Shown here: piece after piece, positions 38,404-48,500 of the stretch
Position numbering within the stretch: the stretch's first letter is position 1
Layout: each line of letters starts with the position of its first letter
Notes under the pieces: generated by a model
Database searches by the model: none
What the model saw: only the letters and a program-made list of their open reading frames with translations
Told to the model about the DNA's origin: nothing
From: Vicugna vicugna
Lineage: Eukaryota
Reading direction: 5' to 3'
Assembly: GCA_013265495.1 (NCBI GenBank)
Contig: MU058687.1
Location: 1,986,001-2,050,000 of the forward strand
Length of the DNA: 64,000 nucleotides
Made by a program: the position numbers and the translations under genes

Positions 38404-39539
38404 CTCTGGTACCTCCAAAGCCAGGACTGAGGCCTGGGAGGAGGGGAGTTGTGTGAAAGGTACTTCTGCCTCATCTCATTTGAAAGGGGTTTTAAGGGAG
38501 AAAGGTAGTCACTGGGGGTCAGGAGTCCAGTCTACACTCTAGGAGTTAGGGCTATAAGCCTGCTCCCATCATCTGTGAGCACTTTTCTTTGCTTCTTCAT
38601 TATCTCTTGTTGACAAGTTCATTTCTCTCTGCCACATGTTCGTCCTTAGCTCTACCCATTAATCTCCTCTCAGTGCCCAACTTCTCCACCCACTGGTGAC
38701 TCCCAGTGACTCTGTATGGTAAGGTGTCCTACACTTCTGTTCCCGGAGTCTGTGTTCCCATACGCGTACCTGGATGCCCTCTGCCAGGGCTGCGCTGTCA
38801 GCTCTGATGCTCCGTGTTGGTGTCTGCTGCCACCACTTCTGGTCCACCTGTCCTCACAAACTGTCTGTGGCTTCAGCCACTGGTTGCATGGGGCAGCAGG
38901 GTAACCACCCAGAAGGATGTGCCAATGGACTCCAGGAGGCAGGGTCCCTACTAGACGTGAACAAAGTGGCTAGATGGTCAAGACGCAGTGCGCTTGGACA
39001 TTGTGGCGTGGATTAAATTCACGGTCCACAGAAGGTCACCTCAACTGGTCTTCCCCACGCCTCTCCCCATCCTACCTCGGACTTCTTGCCAGCCCCCCTC
39101 AAAGGACTTCTGAAGTCCTACCTTCTCCATTTTTTTCAACGTGTGAAAGTGCTGCATTTCAAGGATCAACTGTTAAATGTCTAGCACAATCCTCTGAGTA
39201 CTGAAGTTTACACACATCATAGACGCACTATCAGAAGGTTGTGTTGGTGGCCGCTGTGGCATCATCACATTAGAATCAAACTTTTGCATCTTTAAGCCAC
39301 GCTATAGGCCATCTTGTCCAAACTTGCCACTTGACATGTTAAGAGATTGAGACTTCGAGGTTTTTATACAAAATAGCAGGACTCAAAGGGGAGCTCTGGT
39401 CTTCTGACTCTCAAGGGAATACTCTGCTCTCATACCGTGGCATCCACCAACATCATGGTTATCACCATCACCCAAACACTTACCGTGTGCTGGCTACTAA
39501 GCCTATTTTACTCCCCCCCCAAAACAAATCTGTAGGAAA

Positions 39540-40014
39540 GTTTTTAAAATCAATTTTATTGAGGTCTAATTTATGCACATTAAACTGCATCCATTTAAAG
39601 TGCACAGTTTGAACATTTTTATTGAGTATATACCCTGGGAAGCCGCCACCACCATCAATATACAGAACATTTCCATCATCCCTGGAAGTTTCTCATGCCA
39701 CTTTTCCAGTCCATCCTTCCTCTGCCCCTGTGTCCAGGCAACTACTGATCTAGAGTGGTTGCATTTTCTAGAATTTTATATACATTGAATCATATGTATG
39801 TGTGCTTTTGTGTCTGGCTTTTTTCACACAGTGGAATGATGTTAAGATTGAGCCCGGTTTTGGGGGGGAGGGTACAGCTCAAGCTGTAGAGCGCATGCCT
39901 AGCATACCTGAGGTCCTGAGTTCAATCCCCAGTGCCTCCGCTGAAAAATCAAATAAATAAATAAAAAAAACTTAATTACCTCCCCCTGCATAAATAAATA
40001 AGTAAGTAAGTAAG

Positions 40015-40053
<39 letters not shown>

Positions 40054-40207
40054 AAACTTTTTAAAAAACCATGAAATTTGAGAAAAAAAAAAGATTGAGC
40101 CCGGTTGTTGCAGGTATCATTAACCTGCTCATTTTTATTGACAATTTTCCATTGTATGGACATACCACATTTCAGGTATGTATTCACCTGTTGAAAGACA
40201 TTTTGAT
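39540..40207 (-). mobile_element. L1MB-like 3' end, interrupted by the SINE
   Basis: caattttattgaggt..ccatttaaagtgcacagttt..tttctagaattttatata; resumes after 40106 (ttttccattgtatggacataccaca). Confidence 0.75.
39860..40090 (+). mobile_element. Camelid tRNA-derived SINE (Vic-1-like) with a (TAAA)n tail
   Basis: GGGGGAGGGTACAGCTCAAG..TAGAGCGCATGC..GAGGTCCTGAGTTCAATCCCCAGT head with pol III A/B boxes; taattacctcccc tail motif; perfect 16-bp TSD AAGATTGAGCCCGGTT at 39844-39859 and 40091-40106. Confidence 0.9.
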
Positions 40208-41699
40208 TGTTCATTATCCCCATTTTAAAGATGAGCAGACTAAGGTGAAGAAAGTTAACCTTGCCAGAGGTCACACAACTAGCAAATGACAGCACCAGGA
40301 TTTGGAAGGCATCTGTGCTCACCGTTCTATCACCAGTGCAGCACAGCCCAGCACCAGAATTCGAATGCAGATCTTGGCCCCCAAGTCCTTGCTCTTGACC
40401 TCTGGTCTGTAACAAATGGTCCAAACCTCTGCCATGTTGGCATCTCCTTGCACAGGTTGATTGTGTTAATGTCAGCTCCCAGGTGTGTAAGATAGAATGC
40501 TAGCATGATTGATAGGATGCTTAATACAATTTCATTAACGAAGGAGAGAAGAAAGTTATCTATTTTCAGAGAATACCTCTAGTATTCCTTTCCCCTTCAT
40601 AAACTTGGAATGTGAAATTTGTGACTTGGCCTTTATTTTGGCTCTGGAGGTTTGAAGCATAAAATCCTTTCTTGTCGGAGAGTGCACTTGCTGTTACCTT
40701 CTAGGAAGGATGCCTCCTCCCTGGCATAAATCTGTTTTCCATGCAGTTGTGCCTGAGTCCTTTAACGGAAAACCAGTTCATATGTTACACTTCACACTCA
40801 ACTTAGTCCATTTCACTATATGTGAATGTTTAGAATCCATTATGCAGTAAGAATCATATGTTACATATAACCAGTTTCCAGAATTATCTTTGCTCAGGGA
40901 ATTACTTGGTTGGCTAGTGAAGGCTGCTCCTTTGAACTCAGAATAACCAGTGGGTGGGGAGACTCCATGAATGACTGCCCTAAACCATCCATGGTCGCTC
41001 ATTCAGTAGTGACATTAAACAGATCTCTAGCCACCTGTAAGGGAGCCAGCTGGGTCCCTTAGTAAAATCACATTCAGGTTCTTTGAGGTCATCCATGAGA
41101 AGCATTATCATGTGGGAAGGGGCTGCTCTTCTCCTGGTGCTTGGTAGGGGTGGGTGATTGGCAAGCAGTCTCAAAGGAGAAGATGAATCTCAGCGAATAG
41201 AAATGAGGAGCCGAGGTCCAGGGCACCCTCCAGGCAGGTGGTCTGCTCCCATCTCCTTGGAGGTGAGCCTTCGCTGAGGAAAGCCAGTGCTGCTCCGATG
41301 CTGGAGCTGGTGATGAGGCAGACAGCCCTGGCCGTCCAGGAGCCTCGATCTAGTGAGAACTGCCCTGCTTTCTTGCCTCCTCAACTCTTATAGAAAACTT
41401 TGAGGAGCCATGTCTCTCGAGATATATTTCTCAGCATTCAGTCTCCCTAGCTTCGCTCTTGACACACATCACTTCTTCTTCCCTGGAGAAGATGTGGAGG
41501 GAGACAAGAGAAGCACTTCCTCCCTCCATTGATGCCTCAGGCTTCTGAGGGAAGAGGACAGAAAACAAAAGAAGGATGGAGCTGTTGAGAGCAGGTGTGT
41601 TTTCAGAATGAGAAGCGGAGAGTGAGTGCCATGTCGAGGTGGTTTGGGGATCTGCTGGTTAACCTAATGTATTGCAATGGGATTATTTGCAAGCAAGGC

Positions 41700-41941
41700 A
41701 GGCTATAAGCTCAAATGTTTTCGGGGGCCAGGCAGGTAATGTAAACACATGAAACAGCAGAAGTTTATGACTATAAAGAATGTTAGGGCCTGTGGTGAAC
41801 CCAGAGGGGAGATGCCATGGCCTGAAAGTTTTCAAATTCATATTTCAAAAAAATGACAGAATTGTTAAACATCACTTTATGAACAGAACAAAATGCATCT
41901 GCAAGTTGGATTAGGCCTCTGGGAAGTGATTTGCAAATCCT
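41700..41941. mobile_element. hAT-Charlie MER102/MER103-like MITE
   Basis: ctcaaatg..ggggccaggcaggtaatgtaaa start; aacaaaatgcatctgc..tttgcaaatcc end. Confidence 0.55.
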
Positions 41942-42730
41942 TCATAAGACCTTGGAGGGCCCTGCTCTAAAGGAAGACAGGATTTTGTTGGGGAGACAAG
42001 ACATGAAAGATGGAAAGCTTTACAAGAGTTAAGTGGCTAAGACAACAGAGTGATGAGTGGAAAAGACAGCAGATGGTTGTTGCTGTATTGCTGATTGATG
42101 TTATTAAGGGCCATAAGGTCAAAAGAGGAAGCGATCCCTGTGGGCTGAGGGCCCTTCGGAAAGAAGGAAGAACTTGCACTGGGTCCTGAAAGCTGGATAG
42201 GATTCTGTGAGACAGAGAAAAATGTGCACGAGGAATTACTCCACGTGGAGGATGAATAAGGAATTCACAATAACCAGAAGAGAAGCTGGTTCCGCAGAGC
42301 TCAGCCCTGATTCTGGTCTATTCTCAACTACAGGTATTCAACGTCCCCACATACACTGCCTTTAATGAAGCTTAAAGACTGCCAGTCATCTTATTTGCTG
42401 ATTCTGGGTGGACTCACTCACAGCTCAAGCTGACACAATGCTTCGGGGAAACTGGGATTCATGATTATGGAAAACAGCTGAGAATGATGGACAGCCAGCA
42501 TCCCCAGATGACCTCAGGGTCCCACAGTTGTAGGATGACAAAATGGAGCTTTCCTACCCAGATGACCATTTTTTAGTGGCATAATTATCCATTCCTGTTC
42601 TTGGAATCAAGTTTCTGGTTGGCCCTAAGGCCTTCAGACTTCTGTCATGGAAGGTGATGGGATGTTAGAGAAAGAACATTGAATCTGGACTAGGATTGAA
42701 CCCAGTCTCTACACGTGACTTTGGGCAAGG

Positions 42731-43085
42731 CATTCATTCATTCATTCATTCATTCATTTCTTTAACCATCATATGTTGAATCCCTGCTACGTGTGATGCT
42801 TGGGGCTGGGCACTGGGGATATGATGGTATACGAAAGTCTTAATCCTTGCCGTCACACGGCTTGCAGTCTAGTTGGGGAAATGGGGACTAAACAAATAGT
42901 CACACAACTAGAAAAGTAAGGACACATTGCAGTTGGGGCCACAGAAGGAGGAGTACAGGGTGCCATGAGAGGGACTAACGTGGAGACCTGATCTGGGTTG
43001 GGTGATGAGGTGGGGGGCCATTCTGAAGAAGTGACTTTTAAACTTCAACTTTGAAGGAAGAGTAGAAGTTGCCAGTGGAGGGGAG
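42731..43085 (-). mobile_element. L2 3' end with a (TTCA)n tail, antisense
   Basis: cattcattcattcattc...atgttgaatccctgctacgtgt..ggcactggggata..ttgcagtctagttgggga. Confidence 0.75.
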
Positions 43086-43151
43086 GGTGGAAGTTAGGAG
43101 CTGGGGGGACCCTGGGAGAGGAGGTGCAAAGTCATGTCACCTCTCTGATCC

Positions 43152-43509
43152 TGTTACCGGAAAAAGGGAAACAAGAATTACCTCGGTTCTTAGTCACTCG
43201 AAAAAAAAAAAAAATTTTTGATGAGAGACAAAAAGCATGATATAAGCAAGATTTTTATTAGTGAGGTAAAAAAATAGCAAAAGATTGTTCACTTCCGAGA
43301 ATTGGGAGCGGGCCAGTCCAAGAGAGGAAACATGGCGCAGCTCCTTTGTTTTTCCTGTTTTTATATGCTGGTTTCGTGATTGATTGATTGACAACTCAAG
43401 TTCCCTGAGCTCTGGCTGATTGACAGCGCAGGTTCCTTGTGCTCTGGATTGTTCCTTTTCCCTTCCTCTCCCCCTGCCCAGTGCTCATTTCTATCTAAAC
43501 TACCTAACA
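43152..43509 (-). mobile_element. ERV1-type (MER4-group-like) solo LTR (~358 bp), antisense to IFT43
   Basis: TGTTA...TAACA inverted ends; flanks ATCC and CTCC (3/4 match); minus-strand CAAT repeats (43377-43390), TATAAAA (43359-43365) and AATAAA (43254-43259). Confidence 0.78.
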
Positions 43510-44934
43510 CTCCCAGAAGTGTTTCCAGTCCAGTGTGGGCTCTTCCAGTTCTAAAACCCAACTCTGGATAGAAAGCGAAACTTGAAAGAGGAACGTTGAG
43601 AGACACAACAAATGGGAGAAAGGAAATTCTTCATCTTTAAAAAAGATAAACAGTATTCAGATTGAAATAATCTCTGAAAACACAATTAGACATGGACTCA
43701 ACTTTCAAAAAGTTTATCTCTGAGCTAAATTCAAGTTAAGAAAGAACTTGTGAGCCCCCAAAATGTGGCTTTAAAAAGTGGAAATTCTCTGAAAAAAGGA
43801 GCTTAAAAAAGGATTCTATCTTTGTTACGTGTTACCATTGTGTCTTGGCCTAACCCGGGCCTGGGCGTGGAATTATAACTCCCTCCTCCTGGCAGTTCCC
43901 AGCGCCTCTGGGACATGCCTCCTCCCCACCAGGAGGGCTGTGCTCTTTGCATCCTGGGGTCCAGTTTTGACAGAATCGAATACCTCAAAACCTTAGGAAT
44001 AATAAATCCTATGGCCAACCCCAAACTGTGTAATTCCTAAAGGACAGGCTGAGTTGAGCCACTTCTAGCCAGGGGCAACTGGGGACTTAATTCTGCAAGA
44101 GTAGCAATCTGGATGATCTGAGAGCTCCAAGTTTAAGGGTAATTGCTCAATTTTCTATCCATGTCAACGGGGAAAATAGGTAAAAGTGGCTGAACACAGG
44201 CAAGCAATGAGGCTGGGTGAGATGTGAGATGCTAGACTGTCCGTGGAATTAGAAAAATGCTGTCTGTCGTGGGGTATCGCTGTTGCCCCTCTCCCCATTC
44301 CTCTCTCTCTGGGCTTTCTAACTCTCTTTGGGGCTCTTTCTCATTCCCGGCTTAATTCTTCGACTGTACCCTTTATCCGTTTTTCTGCAAACAGCAGGCA
44401 CTCTCACACCAAGCAGTTTTAACGCGGAGAGAGTGGAAAGAATTCTTTAAGTGCAGATGAATTGGAGCCCCGTTGTCTCATTCTTTTCTCTTGCTTGGTA
44501 GGAATGTTTCATTATGTTGACATTCTTTCCTTAAGCTTTGCACAGCATACTGGACTTCTTAGATGATACCCAGACCTAGTTCCTGTGCCTCTCTTTCCTT
44601 TTTTGTTAAAAAATTATCTTAACCAGCACAGATTTTTAAAATTAAATCATGTTCCTTAAAATCAAATGTTTTTCTAAGTTCAAAGTCATTAGGACTAGAT
44701 GTTAAGGTTTTGCCTCCCCACCCTTCCCTGACACAGGCACACACAGGAGCTCCTTTTATCTAAACATGTCCATAGCAGGAGCAGGGATGGGGTGGGGTGG
44801 GCTGGGGTGGGACTCATTGGTCCAAGGATTAGCTGTCCTCTCTCTCATCCTTGTGCTTTGTTAGGCTTTATTCTGCTTATAGGATATTGGGTATGAAATT
44901 TGAAGAAGGCCTTCTTCTAGGTATTGATAATTCA

Positions 44935-45098
44935 TGTTTGTAAGTGTTTACCAAGAGCCAGGCACTGTGGTCCTCCAGTACTTTGGTTAATCCTCACAAA
45001 ATTTCTGTGCAGACATTCTGTGATCATCACCCTTTTACAGAGGAAGAAATTGAAGCCTTTCTCAGTTAAGTAACTCATAAAAGTCACATGGCTAATAA
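44935..45098 (-). mobile_element. MIR SINE, split by a MER63-like insertion
   Basis: taatcctcacaa..ccttttacagaggaagaaattgaag..ttaagtaact..aagtcaca; resumes near 45528 (ggaagtggtggagctgg). Confidence 0.65.
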
Positions 45099-45099
45099 A

Positions 45100-45527
45100 C
45101 AATGATGTGCTGGTAAATATTTAACAGCCAGCTCTCCAGGGGGAAAAGTCCTCACTGGCAGGTTTGTCGATTTCTGTGGTGTAAATACTCCCACTATGGC
45201 TGGGTTCAAGCTCCCCGAGGGACATCGTGGACCACAGGGCTGGGAAGAGATGGCCAATAAGTAGCACGCCAGTATATCATATTTCCATGTTGCAGGTACA
45301 TTGGATACACATCATTTCAAGAGCACAGGCAAAGTGAAATATAGTAAAATTTAGGAAGTGGTAAGTTTTGAGTATTACCTTTGTTTTTAATGTAATTCAT
45401 TTAATTATAAGGATGTATAATTTAATCGTTAATACTGTTTATGTTTAATCACTTGCATGTGAAATTCCTAAAAATTTAGCCATCGTTTCTGACAAGCCAG
45501 CATGAGCTGCTCTGGCACGTTGCCGCC
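45100..45527. mobile_element. hAT-Blackjack MER63B-like element
   Basis: gtgctggtaaatatttaacagccagctctcc..gtggtgtaaatactcccactatggc..ttaggaagtg..gttttgagtatt..acctttgtttttaat matches the MER63B reverse complement as recalled. Confidence 0.8.
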
Positions 45528-48500
45528 AGGAAGTGGTGGAGCTGGAGTCTGGATGTGGCCTTTGTGACTCTGATCACCTGCTCTCACCGCCTTCCTCTTT
45601 GCTGTCAAAGTGTTAGGTTCGCTTCTCAACTCTGCTTATCGAGGAAGCTTGCCTCTGCTCATTTTCCCAGCACCCTGTTGCAGGTTTGCTCTCCTCTCCG
45701 GTTCTCAGGTTTACCTCCTGGCCCCCGTCCTCAGCTCTGCTGATCTGCTCCGTGTGAAGTCTTGTCAGTAACACCCGGGCTGAGTAGAGAAATGCCAAAG
45801 AGACCAGGTCTTTAAAGCTCTGTGACATGAAGCAGAATCTTCAGGTTGGACCACTCCTCTCTTTCATCTTATGCTTTCTTTTCTATCTAATCCCTCAAGA
45901 TTGCTTTTAGATAATGAATCCTTGTGCCTCTCTGGGTCCTGCGGAGGGGAGGGTCTCCTTTAGAGTGAGAAGAAAGAGGGTCACTGGGCTTCTGCAGGTG
46001 GCAGCATGAGTACCAGGGATTTGGGGAAGTTTGGAAGAACAGAGACCCCACAGGGCACCACTGGGCTCTGGAGTGCTATGGTTGGAGCTCCCCACCAGCC
46101 CCATCCTTGGAGACACAGCTGAGGAAACAAATTGACATCACAGACATCGGACACTTAGAAGGCCACATGGGACATCAGAGAGCCCTAGCCAGGGGTGTCG
46201 GACCATGGTGTGAACACTGAGCTGAGGTCATTGTGGGCCACAGGTGAAATCTGTGCAGGTTCATTGCAGTATAGAAAGCGAACTTTTCTGTATAATGGTT
46301 CTCTAAGCCAAAGACTTGGCATGCTTACCTATAGGCCATGTCTATAGCTGGAACATTTGGGAAGACTTCCATAGGCAAATGGGACAGTAAGGTGTTATTT
46401 TTACTATTGTATCATGAGACGTATTCCAATGGACACCCCAGAAACCAGGATGTCTTCCAGATGGAATGCACCTCATTTTGGTGATAAGGAAACTCGGCCA
46501 GAGTTGACAAGTAACTGCACATGGTTGGCCAATAAGGGGCAGGTCTGGGATCCAAGTCTCCTGACTCCCACTTGGGTACACGCTCAGGTACAGTTCTGTG
46601 CACCAGGAATCTGGATTCGGATCTTCCTTGAGAGACAGTTAAAGCCACATCCCTGGCAGCAAAAGAAAAATGAACTCTAGTAGATGTTGAGTCGGACCCA
46701 GGGGCTGACTTCTCTACTCCCCAATGTGGGTTTGGCCAAGGCTGGTCCCCAGAGCAAGTGAGATGCCAGAGAAATTACATGGAACTTGCCAGAACTTTCT
46801 TTAATGTGGTAAGAGAAGTTGTTTTGACTTGGTTTCGTTTTTTTGCAGGAGGTAATTCACAGTCCCATGACCCTACCCTGGGAAAGGCATACACCATCAC
46901 AGCGTCGGTGTCTAGGAGTTGGTGGGATGGAGTTACTTGACTCAGCAAATGTAGTAGAGACTGGTATGGCTGTGTTCTTCTTGCCTCTTGAAGAGGCAGA
47001 GTGTCAGGGAGGCTTGAAAACAGAGTTAAGCTTGGAGCAGATTTTGGCGGTTCTGCTTTGTCACCTCTGTGGTCTCTTGCCTCACCCGGACCAGCTGCAG
47101 AGCACAGCCCAGAGTGTTGCCCAGACCTCCTGCTCCACTGGCAGAGCTGGAACAGTGCTCTGGGCCCCTAGAGGTCCCCTGTAATCTCTGCATCACACCA
47201 GACTTTTCTAACTTACCATCACGGACATCTCTACCCAAAACACAGTTGACAGTGACCTCTCTGGGACTCCGTTTTCTTTGTTCATGTGAGCAGCTTACTG
47301 GATGTCCCCATCTGAAGACGTAGAATGGGGGCACGAGATGGAAGTCTTGCAGCACACATGCATGTGTGTTGTAAATGAAGCAGGTTGTATACACCTTCCT
47401 GCAGGAACACGGAGAAAGCTCCATCAGCATCCTGACATGCCATGGTCTGTTTGGAGGCATGTGATTAATGATAAATCATCCAACGGTAAGCACTGACAAC
47501 AGTAAAAGAGAGCTAAATCTCCCTAAAATCGTTATAGACATCAGGGTATTTACTCTCTAACTCCTTGGATTCTGTCCTGGTTGAGTAGAAAAGACAGGAT
47601 CAGGACAGGACAAAGCTGATCCCATTTATTTTTGTGAGACTGTCCTGGATGTGACTGCAAGCCGTGGCCCAGCTTTCAGGGAGAGGCACAGGTCCTTCTC
47701 CACATAGCTGTGAAGGGAGTGGGTGGATGAGGGATGAGAGGAGGTGGGGCCGTGTTGATGAGAACCACTGCCTGGGGACATCTTAGACACCTTAGATTTT
47801 TATTTGACTAGAAAGACATAGAGGCTTGGTGCCCTAGGATGTCTGTTTCAAGTGATGGGGTGTGAATAGAGAAGAGGTATGGTGTTCTCTGCAACAGAAA
47901 AAGAGGTGGATTTGTAGGGTTGCTCCAAATAGTCTCTGTAACCAAAACCACAGCAAACTGAGGCCTAGGGACTGTGTTCTCCAAGTCAGTGTCCATGGTA
48001 CCTTACTCATCTTGAAATCTGATGGCCAGATACCGCTTAGGTGAGGTAAGAAGGAACCTGATTGTGCGTCTGAGGTTGGACTCAGCACATCCCTTAGACC
48101 TCAGTTGGAGAAGCCTTTCCTACCGACATGTGGAGATCAGTTTCTAAAGAACCTGAGATAACAAAGCGTAGGTATAGCAGAAATCCAGGGGAGAGGTGAT
48201 AGGGGACCCTCTTACCCTGGCAAGAGATGAACTTGACAGGGCCCAGTGGTAGATCTTCCTTTCCAGCTTCAGGTCCTCCCAGCTGTCTGAGAATGCCCAG
48301 ATGTTCGGTGTGTGTGTGTGTGGGGGGGGTCCTCGCTGTGTATACACACATGCGGGAGGACACATATTGGGAATGTGATTCCCGAGTCCATAAGTGTGGT
48401 TGACGGACCGGGTTTACCTAAAAGACCCTTTAAGAGAAAGCTCTTGAAAGATGATTACAGAATTGAGACACCATCATTTAAAAGTGCCCGAGGCAAATGC

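Noticed and set aside
39862..39940. tRNA-like sequence
   Set aside because: It is the head of a SINE, with an A-rich tail and TSD, not a tRNA gene.
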